A DNA stretch of 64,000 bases from Candidatus Falkowbacteria bacterium RIFOXYA2_FULL_47_19 (lineage in GTDB: Bacteria > Patescibacteriota > Patescibacteriia > Patescibacteriales > UBA12075): NCBI GenBank assembly GCA_001780275.1, contig MFGB01000020.1:40813-104812 (forward strand), written 5' to 3'. Position 1 is the first letter of the stretch; each line of letters opens with the position of its first letter. The notes under the pieces were generated by a model, which was not told the origin of the DNA, did no database searches, and worked only from the letters and a program-made list of their open reading frames with translations. The position numbers were made by a program, and so were the translations under genes. This document shows, in pieces, positions 17,741 to 26,361 of this stretch.

Positions 17741-18283
17741 ATGAAAAAAAATCGTAACAAAGCCAGTCTCGCTGATTTAGAAAAAAGCATCGTGGCTATC
17801 GCCGATTGGCCCGAACCGGGCGTCACTTTCCGGGATATAACCCCGCTCCTCGAAGATCCGGAACTATTCCGCGCCACGATCGACCGCCTGGCCGCGGCCT
17901 GCGCCGATAAACGAATCGACAAGATCGTGGGCTTAGACGCCCGCGGTTTCATTTTCGCCTCCACCCTGGCCTATAAGCTCGGTGCCGGCCTGGTGCTCGC
18001 GCGCAAGAAGGGGAAACTCCCCCGCGAAACCTGCGGCCGCGGCTACGGCCTTGAATACGGCAAAGCCGTCCTCGAAATCCATAAGGATTCGATCAAAGAG
18101 GGCGAAAAGATCCTGATCGTCGATGACGTGCTGGCCACCGGCGGTACTATGGCTGCCGCGTCCGGAATAGTCGAAGAGCTTAAGGGCGATATCGTCGGAA
18201 TCCTCTGTCTGATCGAATTGCCGGCCTTAAACGGCCGGAAAAAGCTCGAAGCTTACGAGGTTGAATCCTTGTTCGAATTCTGA
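17741..18283 (+). CDS. apt: Adenine phosphoribosyltransferase
   Basis: ILIVDDVLATGGTMAA PRPP-binding motif and FRDITPLL, with typical Apt length. Confidence 0.92.
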   Translation: MKKNRNKASLADLEKSIVAIADWPEPGVTFRDITPLLEDPELFRATIDRLAAACADKRIDKIVGLDARGFIFASTLAYKLGAGLVLARKKGKLPRETCGRGYGLEYGKAVLEIHKDSIKEGEKILIVDDVLATGGTMAAASGIVEELKGDIVGILCLIELPALNGRKKLEAYEVESLFEF

Positions 18284-18301
18284 TAACGAAAGGAGGATGG
18301 C

Positions 18302-18592
18302 ATGAAAGTACTTAAAAAGGGCGAACCCAAAGAATGGTCTGTTAAGGTAAAATGCACCGGATTCGGAAATAACCGATACGGCTGCGGAGCCGAACTAGAA
18401 GTCGTTAAAAAGGATATCTATCTGACCTACTCTGAACATTACTGGGGAGAAACCGACATTTTCTATACGATCACTTGCCCCGAATGCGGAAAAGAAACGG
18501 ATATTCCGAATTCCAAAATCCCGTATTATCTCAAGGGCGTTTTTCCCTCTAAGGCGGCCTGGCAGAAGGCCGCGAAAGGAGAATTATCATGA
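18302..18592 (+). CDS. Small zinc-ribbon-like protein (paralog 1)
   Basis: MKVLKKG...CTGFGN..YGCGAEL.V...D.Y.T...CPECGKETDI, with SD aaaggagga upstream. Confidence 0.7.
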   Translation: MKVLKKGEPKEWSVKVKCTGFGNNRYGCGAELEVVKKDIYLTYSEHYWGETDIFYTITCPECGKETDIPNSKIPYYLKGVFPSKAAWQKAAKGELS

Positions 18593-18837
18593 AAATAATA
18601 AAGAAGGGGCGGGAACAGAAGGGCTGGTCAAAGGAATACGCCTGCACCGGCAAGGGAAATGGCGGCGGCGGATGCGGAGCCGTGCTCCTGGTTTCGGAAA
18701 ATGATCTCTATATGACTTCGCGCTCCGACTATTCGGGCGACACCGAGTATTTCGTGACCTTCAAATGCCCCTGCTGCGGCGTCGAAACCGATATCGAGGG
18801 CGTGCCGAGCCGGATCTGGTCCAAGCTTGATCTCTAG
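18589..18837 (+). CDS. Small zinc-ribbon-like protein (paralog 2)
   Basis: MKIIKKG...CTGKGNGGGGCGAVL.V...D.Y.T...CPCCGVETDI. The ATGA overlap with paralog 1 implies translational coupling. Confidence 0.7.
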   Translation: MKIIKKGREQKGWSKEYACTGKGNGGGGCGAVLLVSENDLYMTSRSDYSGDTEYFVTFKCPCCGVETDIEGVPSRIWSKLDL

Positions 18838-18852
18838 CGAAGGAGATAATAC

Positions 18853-19263
18853 ATGATACTGACCGTTGATGCCGCGATTATTGTCGGGGGGCGTTCGCTC
18901 CTTCTTCTGAGGCGGAGTAAATACCCGTTCGCCGGGAAGCTCGTTTTTCCCGGCGGACACGCGGAGGATAAAGACGGGAACACGCGAACGGCCGCGAGCC
19001 GCGAACTTTTCGAAGAAACCGGGATAGAGATCCCGCCGGAGAGATGGGGGCTTCTAACCGTTCTGGACGGACGGGGCCGCGATCCCCGCTACGGCTTCTC
19101 CGTTTCCGTGGTATACCGGGCGGATATCGACGATCCGCTGATCCTCGGTAAGATCAGGCCGTCGGACGAAGCTTCGGAGATACTGCTCGTGCCGATCGAC
19201 GAATTGCGGGAAGAAGACCTCGGCTTCGATCACTTTGATGCGATAAAAAAAATCAAAAAGTAA
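18853..19263 (+). CDS. NUDIX hydrolase
   Basis: Nudix box GGHAEDKDGNTRTAASRELFEETGI. Confidence 0.85.
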   Translation: MILTVDAAIIVGGRSLLLLRRSKYPFAGKLVFPGGHAEDKDGNTRTAASRELFEETGIEIPPERWGLLTVLDGRGRDPRYGFSVSVVYRADIDDPLILGKIRPSDEASEILLVPIDELREEDLGFDHFDAIKKIKK

Positions 19264-19463
19264 AAAACAAGCGGAATCTAAAAAAATTCCGCTTTTTTAT
19301 TGACCAAAACCCTCCTAAAGCCGGTTTTTTACTGGCGCGGGACGGCCTGATCTTTCATATATTTTCTTTTGCGCTTCTTTGGCGGATACTGAATTGACAA
19401 CATTAAAAAAATATGTTAGCATTATAAATTACCGAACCAGCCGACAAATAAAGGAAAAACGCC

Positions 19464-20372
19464 ATGAGCGCTCTTTTAAAATGGATGAGACCGATAACGG
19501 ATTATCTGAAATACGATAATAATTACTGGACCAGAGAGCGGGTAAAAGCTCTGGGAAAAAGATGCTTGATTTACTTCCTGCTGTTGTTTATCGTTTTTGT
19601 TTATTACGCCGTTCTAACGGGGCTATCCCCCAGCCAGGCCGCCCTCTCCGCTTATCGGAATATCAAACCGGGAATCACGGCTATGAGCCGGGATTTTCCC
19701 GCGCGCTTGCACGCTTATGCCGGCTGGTATCTCAGAAGCAAAAGCTTGCCGGACGAAAAAAAGCTTAGGGAGTATTTTGATGATCCGGAGCTAAAAAGAA
19801 ATATCCGGTCGCTGATCGGTCGTGACAAACTTGAAAAATATTCCGAGCTGGGCGGAGCGGTAATGCTCCGGGAAAGAAGCGGAAAGAAATATTTTTATTT
19901 TCATGTGATTGAAAGCGAAAACCTGGCCTTAAGCCGGAAGATAAGAGACAGTATGGGCGACAGGGAAGAGCTCGTGGTGATCATAGATGCCAACATCGAG
20001 GAATTCAAAGATCTTTATGGCAGCGAAGAATTATTCAAGAAAGTATACGGGCACATAAAGAACGGCACCGCGCACAAAGGAAAAAAGGATTACTTTCTAT
20101 ATGACGCCATAGATCTTTATCTGAGTATATCGGACTCAAGGTATAATTTAACTTCGGACGAAATTATAACGGAAGTGTTCTATCCCTTCGGTCCGGACGG
20201 TTTTTTTCTCGGCACCTTCCATATTCATGATATAGGCGGTCCGCCCAGCGACAACGATTTTCTCCACACGGATAAACACCCGGAGTTTGTTATTTCCAGC
20301 ACCTCTTCCGGTTTTATGGTCTATGTATTGTCGCAGGGGGTTATAATCCATGAAATCGATAAAAAATATTAA
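19464..20372 (+). CDS. Membrane-anchored protein with a JAB/MPN-like metal motif near the C-terminus
   Basis: One N-terminal TM. GTFHIHDIGGPPSDNDF resembles the JAMM motif H-x-H-x7-S-x2-D but has 6 rather than 7 intervening residues. Confidence 0.45.
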   Translation: MSALLKWMRPITDYLKYDNNYWTRERVKALGKRCLIYFLLLFIVFVYYAVLTGLSPSQAALSAYRNIKPGITAMSRDFPARLHAYAGWYLRSKSLPDEKKLREYFDDPELKRNIRSLIGRDKLEKYSELGGAVMLRERSGKKYFYFHVIESENLALSRKIRDSMGDREELVVIIDANIEEFKDLYGSEELFKKVYGHIKNGTAHKGKKDYFLYDAIDLYLSISDSRYNLTSDEIITEVFYPFGPDGFFLGTFHIHDIGGPPSDNDFLHTDKHPEFVISSTSSGFMVYVLSQGVIIHEIDKKY

Positions 20373-20505
20373 TATGCGGCTATTTTCATAGCCGTTTTTA
20401 AATTTATATTTTTACTTTTCGCCTTGACTTATTTTAGCAAGCATGTTAATATCTTTACAGATAATAGTCGTTAGGCTATTATTTTTTATACTGAAAAGCA
20501 GAATT

Positions 20506-20579
20506 GGAGCGGTAGCTCAGTTGGTTAGAGCGCTGCCCTGTCACGGCAGAGGTCGCGGGTTCGAGCCCCGTCCGCTCCG
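20506..20579 (+). tRNA. tRNA-Asp (anticodon GTC), CCA not encoded
   Basis: Acceptor ggagcgg/ccgctcc, anticodon arm ctgcc-ctgtcac-ggcag, T arm gcggg-ttcgagc-cccgt. Confidence 0.9.
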
Positions 20580-20584
20580 CAAAA
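20560..20584 (+). repeat. Direct repeat, left copy (3' end of tRNA-Asp; att-like)
   Basis: ttcgagccccgtccgctccgcaaaa is identical to 27420-27444. Confidence 0.8.
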
Positions 20585-20796
20585 CAAGAAATCCCGATAC
20601 TTCGGGATTTTTTGTTTTGTGGAACGGATGTACGCAAGAACCCGTTTGATTATAGAATAATGGCAGGATAAATTACTTACACATCGAATAAGAATTTTAA
20701 ATCCCACCCTCCGTATCCTTTGATCCTGCCCCGCTTGCCCCGCAGGTGAGCGCAGCGAGCTGTGCGGGGTCCGCTCCGCCAGGCGTATTTAATCAT

Positions 20797-21048
20797 ATGC
20801 AGTATGTCGTATACATTTTGCAAAGCAAAAAAGACTTAAGCTATTATATCGGGCACACTGATAATCCGGAAAGGAGAATTGAGGAGCATAATCGCGGTAA
20901 AGATAAATATACAAAAAGTAAAATTCCTTGGACCTTGGTTCGCAAGGAATTTTTTGATACCAGGGGCGAGGCCATGACGAGGGAAAATCAAATAAAAAGA
21001 AAAAAGAGTAGAAAATACATAGATTGGCTGGTTGGCTCTAAAAGTTAG
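20797..21048 (+). CDS. Small GIY-YIG nuclease-superfamily protein
   Basis: MQYVVYILQSKKDLSYYIGHTDNPERRIEEHN. The start is taken at the internal ATG of track ORF 20746..21048, because the upstream part runs through a GC hairpin. Confidence 0.75.
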   Translation: MQYVVYILQSKKDLSYYIGHTDNPERRIEEHNRGKDKYTKSKIPWTLVRKEFFDTRGEAMTRENQIKRKKSRKYIDWLVGSKS

Positions 21049-21085
21049 AGCGTCCCGACGGCCGTCGGGAAGGTCGCGGGTTTTT
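21033..21085 (+). pseudogene. tRNA-Asp-like fragment with the anticodon arm replaced by a 7-bp GC hairpin
   Basis: ggctc....gttagagcg / tcccgac-ggcc-gtcggga / aggtcgcgggtt aligns with the D arm, variable region and T-stem 5' side of tRNA-Asp. No acceptor stem is present. Confidence 0.4.
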
Positions 21086-21240
21086 ACACCGTCGTATGAC
21101 GGGGCTTTTCTTTTTCAAGAATGAATAAATATTGAATCTATGTTTTTTTCCGGCGCCCTCGGGGTTGACGAACCGGTCTTTTCGCGCTAAGATCCTTTCA
21201 GCAGAAGCTATTATAAAACTCAAAGCCAGGAGGCGGCAGA

Positions 21241-21678
21241 ATGAATACTGTATTTAATGATCATGAATACGGGCCCAGCGTTTATTTTTTTATTTTTACG
21301 GTTTACCTCCCGGTGTTCATCGGGTTACCATTTACTTTGTGCACCGCATCATCGCCCCTTTTTATCGCAGCGGCAAAATGGCTGTTTATCAGCCTCTTCT
21401 GTTTGACGCTCTTTGTCATCGCCGTTATTAATCTTTTGATCAGATATTCTTTTCTTAAGCACCGTTCTTTCCTGCAGGAATACCGGGTGCTGGAAAAACG
21501 GATAAGCCCGGTCAACCTGAAATCGCGTTTTGTTTTTGAACAAAAAATGAAATTTCTGGAGATCGTCACGGTCTGGAAAAAAACCGGCGAAACTTTTGAC
21601 CGTGCGGCCGCCGTTCTCTGGCAAAAAGAATTCAAGGCCCGATTCTACAAACTGGAATACTTTGTTCCGCATTATTAA
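21241..21678 (+). CDS. Hypothetical membrane protein
   Basis: Strong SD ccaggaggc, two or three TM segments, and a terminator at about 21693-21718. Confidence 0.55.
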   Translation: MNTVFNDHEYGPSVYFFIFTVYLPVFIGLPFTLCTASSPLFIAAAKWLFISLFCLTLFVIAVINLLIRYSFLKHRSFLQEYRVLEKRISPVNLKSRFVFEQKMKFLEIVTVWKKTGETFDRAAAVLWQKEFKARFYKLEYFVPHY

Positions 21679-22012
21679 TAAAAAACACAAAACGGTTTCC
21701 CAAAAACCGTTTTTTTTATTCCCCCTTGAATTAAAAAACCGATCAAGCGTTTGATCGGACGGCGGGAGTCAAATGCTCGTCTCTATCCATAAATAGGAAT
21801 AGAAGACAGACAATCTTCTTCGGGTTGTATTTGTGAATCTAGTTGGTCAACCATAACACGTTATATATTTATTAAGATTACAACAATATCTTTACTTGTT
21901 GATTTCTCTGTGGTAAATTAATAATGCCTTAAAAATAGTAAAATATGGATTTACCAAAAATTCCAACAGACAATTTATACAAATTTTAGCATTATCTGGT
22001 TTAATTTTTATA

Positions 22013-22375
22013 TTGCTTACTTTCTTGCTCGGCGGATATTACAATTATTATATAACTAAAGAGGTTCTCCTCGTTAAAGAAGAGACTACACGCGCGCTGG
22101 AAATGAATAGTGATAGCAATCATTCAAGTACAACCCCCCGTTTATACATAAGCAAAGAAATTGCGGATAAAATAACCGATCTTCAAAATAGAACTATCGC
22201 CTTAAAAGCCAGCATAGATACCATATTATTACTTAAGCCATTCATTTTTGGCGCGATGATTGTTAGTACGGTTATGGCATTTTTAGGTTTTTATTTATGG
22301 TATATAAAATTACAAAAACATAAAGACGAGATTATAAAATTAGAAGCGGAAAAATTAAGGTCTAAAATACAATAG
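22013..22375 (+). CDS. Hypothetical small membrane protein (start uncertain, possible frameshift with the ATG at 21945)
   Basis: The TTG start falls inside a predicted TM helix. An ATG at 21945 with 14 codons lies in another frame just upstream. Very AT-rich. Confidence 0.35.
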   Translation: MLTFLLGGYYNYYITKEVLLVKEETTRALEMNSDSNHSSTTPRLYISKEIADKITDLQNRTIALKASIDTILLLKPFIFGAMIVSTVMAFLGFYLWYIKLQKHKDEIIKLEAEKLRSKIQ

Positions 22376-22376
22376 T

Positions 22377-23171
22377 ATGTTAGAAGAATTTCAAAAATCA
22401 ATTAAGGCTGTCTTGTATGACAGACTGTCAAGCCCATTAGCAGGAGCTTTTATATTATCATGGTTCGTTTGGAACTGGGGATTGATTTATTACATCTTGA
22501 CCGGAGATGAAACGAGATACACAATTGAAAGAATTGAATACATAAAAGAAAATTTTTTATCCGAAAAATATATTTTGTTTTTCCCCTTGCTTTCTGTTAT
22601 TTTTTTAGTCTTCCTTTACCCATTTGCGGCAAATTTAGTATATAGGGTAATGTTAATGTTTAATAAACAGAAAAGAGACATCAAAATTAAAATTGAAAAT
22701 GATCAATGCCTTACTTTTAGGGAATCGGTTGAAATAAAAGAAACTTTCAGAAAACAGGAAGAGGTTTTTAAAAAATTCAACCAAGACAAAGACGAAAAAA
22801 TAAACATACTAAAAAGGGAAAATGATCTATTAAAAAATAAAATCAAAAAAATAGAGAATGACAATAAAAGAAAAGAATTATCTCCAGAGGAAAAAGCAAA
22901 AATTGACAAAATTTTAATTCATAACCTCGGAACCAAAGACGATGAATTTAAAAAAATAATAGAATCTAAATATAATAGACATTTTCTATCAATGGTAAAA
23001 TATATTAATCAGGGCTGGGGGTTTGGCGAAGATATAGACAATAACGCAGTAGGATTTTTTATTGCAAACGATATTATTGAGCAAACAAATAGGGCAAGTA
23101 TTTATAAATTAACCACCCGGGGTAAAGAATATTTAAAATATTATTACGATAATATTGAAACAAAAAACTAA
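22377..23171 (+). CDS. Hypothetical membrane protein with a central coiled coil
   Basis: TM segments at the N-terminus and a KE-rich heptad-like region (KINILKRENDLLKNKIKKIENDNKRKE). Abuts the upstream ORF with a 1-nt gap. Confidence 0.55.
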   Translation: MLEEFQKSIKAVLYDRLSSPLAGAFILSWFVWNWGLIYYILTGDETRYTIERIEYIKENFLSEKYILFFPLLSVIFLVFLYPFAANLVYRVMLMFNKQKRDIKIKIENDQCLTFRESVEIKETFRKQEEVFKKFNQDKDEKINILKRENDLLKNKIKKIENDNKRKELSPEEKAKIDKILIHNLGTKDDEFKKIIESKYNRHFLSMVKYINQGWGFGEDIDNNAVGFFIANDIIEQTNRASIYKLTTRGKEYLKYYYDNIETKN

Positions 23172-23205
23172 AAAACACCCCACCATAACCCGGCGGGGTG
23201 TTTTA
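23171..23205 (+). repeat. CACCCC-type palindromic element
   Basis: aaaaaacaccccaccataacccggcggggtgtttt immediately after the stop of 22377..23171. Confidence 0.6.
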
Positions 23206-23214
23206 TTACTATGG

Positions 23215-23940
23215 CTAATTAATTATGCAAAAATTTTTATACTTTAAAAACAATGCGCTAAGGTTGTTATATATTTTTTCTGAATTTTCTAAAATTTCCT
23301 TATTTCTATTTACAATCATTTGCGAAATCCAAGCCTTATTATTATCTGGTGTCATATTAAAAGATAAATCTAGTTGTTGTACAATATTTATCGCATTATT
23401 TACGGAATCCATAGACTCCATTACGTTGACAACCTCAATGGCAGAGGAACCTAAATATAAATATATATTATTTAAATTTTTATAATAAGGGTCAGTTACA
23501 TAGCCGGTCATTATAAATCTATTTTTTTCAAATCCGGTTAAAGTTTGCACAGTATTGGTTGCCTTTTTCAGATTAATAAAATTGGAATAAGTTAAAACGC
23601 AGTAAAAACTATTCTTTGCGTCCAGTTCATTTTTTTGTATTTCTATATAATGATTATTAATGTTCTGTATTTCAATAGAGTTTTGAAAAATAAAAAATAT
23701 TAATCCGAGAATGATTGTAATAACGGCAAGAAATTCACCCGATTTAATTTTATTTATTTTTATTTTATTTCTAAATAATAAGAATATACATATTACCGGC
23801 AACAAAAAATAGTAATTAGAAAGAATTACCGCTTTATATAAATTTTTAAATTTTAAAATTACATACAGTGCAATCAATACAAAAAGAATATTGAAAAAAA
23901 TATTCAATATTTTATGTAAAAGATTTTTTTTATTATTCAT
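23215..23940 (-). CDS. Hypothetical membrane protein
   Basis: 241-aa AT-rich ORF with 3-4 N-terminal TM segments. Confidence 0.5.
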   Translation of the reverse strand: MNNKKNLLHKILNIFFNILFVLIALYVILKFKNLYKAVILSNYYFLLPVICIFLLFRNKIKINKIKSGEFLAVITIILGLIFFIFQNSIEIQNINNHYIEIQKNELDAKNSFYCVLTYSNFINLKKATNTVQTLTGFEKNRFIMTGYVTDPYYKNLNNIYLYLGSSAIEVVNVMESMDSVNNAINIVQQLDLSFNMTPDNNKAWISQMIVNRNKEILENSEKIYNNLSALFLKYKNFCIIN

Positions 23941-24004
23941 AACGCTGTAGTTAGATACGTTTATATATTACCATTCGTTTTTTTAATTTACAAACTTTTT
24001 AATC

Positions 24005-24038
24005 AAAAACACCCCGCCATTAAGGCGGGGTGTTTTTT
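24005..24038 (+). repeat. CACCCCGCC palindromic element
   Basis: aaaaacaccccgcc-attaa-ggcggggtgtttttt, located between divergent genes and therefore not acting as a terminator for either. Confidence 0.6.
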
Positions 24039-24043
24039 GTTTA

Positions 24044-24117
24044 CCTCCCCCCCCTCCCTACCCCCCCCTCCAGCTGGGCGGGCGGGCAAGTCTGGGGAGG
24101 GCGACGGCGGGGGGTTT
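24044..24117. repeat. G/C-tract repeat
   Basis: cctcccccccctccctacccccccctccagctgggcgggcgggcaagtctggggagggcgacggcgggggg. Confidence 0.5.
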
Positions 24118-24283
24118 TTTATTGAATTATAGTATTTAAAATTTTATTTTTCTTAAGGAAAATTTTATATTTTTTTTATCTTTTCTTCATGTCGTTTTTG
24201 TTATAATAAAATTGAGCGTTTTTTATAAAACAAAGGTCGGGCTCTGTTAAAAATTTTAATCAACTAAATTTTCTAAAAATTAT

Positions 24284-25156
24284 ATGCATAAAATTAAACA
24301 ACATAAATTATTATTAATGCTATCCCTTGGATTAGTGGCATTAATTGCCTCTTTTTTCTTCGCGTCATATATAAACGCTGATTTAAATTCGGGATTAGTG
24401 GCTCATTGGAAGTTAAATAATTCAATGACGGATTCATCTGGCAATGAAAATACGCTTACCAACGACGGAACTGAAAGCACAACCGGTCTCTACGAAGCCG
24501 ATGATACTGCCTATAAATTTAATGGAATTAATGATGAATCATTAATTGCTGCGGATAGTAGTTCTTTAGATATTACCGGTGATATTAGTATTTCTGGTTG
24601 GTTAAAAATTGATAAACCGTTATCATATACAGAATGGCAAATCGCCCTAGTTTCTAAATGGAGTGGCGCTACGAATAACAGGTCTTATTTGTTGTATGCC
24701 TCCAATGATAGTGAAAACTCGTTTAATGATATGCTTATATTTGGCATATCGTCGGATGGAACGGGCGAGGGCAGTGGTCAGGAGCTTTATTTTTCTAATA
24801 GCACAACTAATTTTGCTACCGGAACTTGGCATCATTTTGCTGTAACGTGGAATGCGTCAGAATCTAGAGCTGAATTTTACATGAACGGAAAGAACTTGGG
24901 GGGTGATACCGGATCTAAAACGCAAATTTATAATGGAAACGCAAGTTTGAAAATTGGATATTCCGGTGATTATAACGGAGACTATAGTGTAGACGAGGTT
25001 CGTTTATACAATAAAGTTTTAACCGTCAATGAAATCAAAGCATTAAGCATTAACCCCGATTATAATAACGATGGAACGGTTGATGATGACGATATTTACG
25101 ACCAGGCTAAAATACATGCCGACTGGTTAGAAAATGTTTGGGGGACCGAAAAATAA
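24284..25156 (+). CDS. Secreted LamG / concanavalin-A-like lectin-domain protein with a C-terminal Ca-binding (dockerin / EF-hand-like) motif
   Basis: Signal/TM segment, LVAHWKLNNSMTDSSGNENTLTN...W.H.AVTW...YMNG typical of Laminin_G_3, and a C-terminal DYNNDGTVDDDD. Confidence 0.7.
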   Translation: MHKIKQHKLLLMLSLGLVALIASFFFASYINADLNSGLVAHWKLNNSMTDSSGNENTLTNDGTESTTGLYEADDTAYKFNGINDESLIAADSSSLDITGDISISGWLKIDKPLSYTEWQIALVSKWSGATNNRSYLLYASNDSENSFNDMLIFGISSDGTGEGSGQELYFSNSTTNFATGTWHHFAVTWNASESRAEFYMNGKNLGGDTGSKTQIYNGNASLKIGYSGDYNGDYSVDEVRLYNKVLTVNEIKALSINPDYNNDGTVDDDDIYDQAKIHADWLENVWGTEK

Positions 25157-25174
25157 ATTTTTATTTTAGACTCT

Positions 25175-25214
25175 AAAAACCACCCCGCCACTCAAATCCG
25201 GCGGGGTGTTTTTG
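25175..25214 (+). repeat. CACCCCGCC palindromic element
   Basis: aaaaaccaccccgcc-actcaaatcc-ggcggggtgttttt after the LamG gene. Confidence 0.6.
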
Positions 25215-25385
25215 TTTACTTCCCAATCAGTCTAGGGGATAATAATATACTTTTTATTTGTTTAATAATAGCAGTATTTATTATTTCTTTAGAAAAATTT
25301 TATAAAAATTTTATATTTTCTACAGTTTTTCTTTATATTTTTTTTATTTTTTCTTCATATTTTTTGCTAACCATAAACAAAAAAT

Positions 25386-25414
25386 TTGACAATATTTTTT
25401 TTATTATATAAAAT
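25386..25414 (+). promoter_or_regulatory. Sigma70-like promoter
   Basis: TTGACA, 17-nt spacer, TAAAAT. Confidence 0.5.
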
Positions 25415-25510
25415 GGCAACATCGTCTGCCAACCAGTAAACAAAAAGGAGGTGATTATAATCTGGTCTGGTGGATTTTTTTGTTCATTCCCAATAAAAAA
25501 GGAGAAAACG

Positions 25511-26266
25511 ATGAAAAAAAATGTATTACTCGTAACTCTTGTTATTTTGTTCTGTTTTATTTTTGTGACCAACGCTCTCGCCGTTGATGTCGTTGTGACG
25601 CAGAAATTTTACGCCGGCTCCGGTGACGGACATATGTATGCCTATAGCTCAAGCTGGGACGCTGCTCATGATGCAAGCGCCGCTTATCAACTTTGGTATA
25701 CAGCAACAAGCATTGGAGTATTTTCAACAAAAAATATATATGGTCAATTTGCTCCCTACCGTGCATTTTTACCGTTTGATACCTCGTCAATTCCCAATGA
25801 CGCAGAAATAGCCTCGGCTGAATTACATCTATACATACTTAATGCTCCGAATGACTGCAATGATGGATACGACTGGATTACGGTCGTAGAAACTTTTCAG
25901 GCCAGTACGAGCAGTCTTAGTAATGACGACTTTGACCTATGCGGTGACGCGATTAATAACCCAACAGAGGGAATTGATTCAGGAGAAAGAAAAGACATTA
26001 CCAATACTCCTACAAACCAATATTCCCACTTCTCTCTAAATAATACGGGTAAGAGCTGGATTAATGTTTCAGGGTATACAAAACTCGGTTTACGGGAAGG
26101 GCACGATGCTATTGACAGCACACCCAGTCTGCCGTCACCCGGAGATAACGGTATTGCGTTTTATAGTTCAGAGGGGAGTAACCCTCCTTATTTATTAATT
26201 ACCTACGTATGCGATTCGTGCGACATTCCTGACAGCGAAGATGTTGTATCCGTCTCTCTTTACTAA
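25511..26266 (+). CDS. Secreted hypothetical protein (possible DNRLRE-like carbohydrate-binding-type domain)
   Basis: Internal ATG preceded by aaaaaggagaaaacg. Signal peptide ends ...VTNALA. FLPFDTSSIPNDAEIASAELHLY and LGLREGHD resemble the DNRLRE-domain pattern, but this is a weak call. Confidence 0.6.
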   Translation: MKKNVLLVTLVILFCFIFVTNALAVDVVVTQKFYAGSGDGHMYAYSSSWDAAHDASAAYQLWYTATSIGVFSTKNIYGQFAPYRAFLPFDTSSIPNDAEIASAELHLYILNAPNDCNDGYDWITVVETFQASTSSLSNDDFDLCGDAINNPTEGIDSGERKDITNTPTNQYSHFSLNNTGKSWINVSGYTKLGLREGHDAIDSTPSLPSPGDNGIAFYSSEGSNPPYLLITYVCDSCDIPDSEDVVSVSLY

Positions 26267-26325
26267 TTATTAAAATCGTCTATAAAAGTAAAAGCGGGAC
26301 CGCACTCCTGCTTTTTTCATATAAT

Positions 26326-26358
26326 AACACCCCACCATTCAAACCTGGGGTGTTTTTT
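26326..26358 (+). repeat. CACCCC-type palindromic element
   Basis: aacacccca-ccattcaaacc-tggggtgtttttt, following the gene's own hairpin terminator at 26291-26316. Confidence 0.6.
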
Positions 26359-26361
26359 ATT

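Noticed and set aside
20746-20796. N-terminal extension of the second GIY-YIG ORF (track start 20746)
   Set aside because: The extension (MSAASCAGSAPPGVFNH) is read through a GC hairpin and a tRNA-like fragment. The GIY-YIG domain begins right at the internal ATG at 20797, as in the paralog at 6074.
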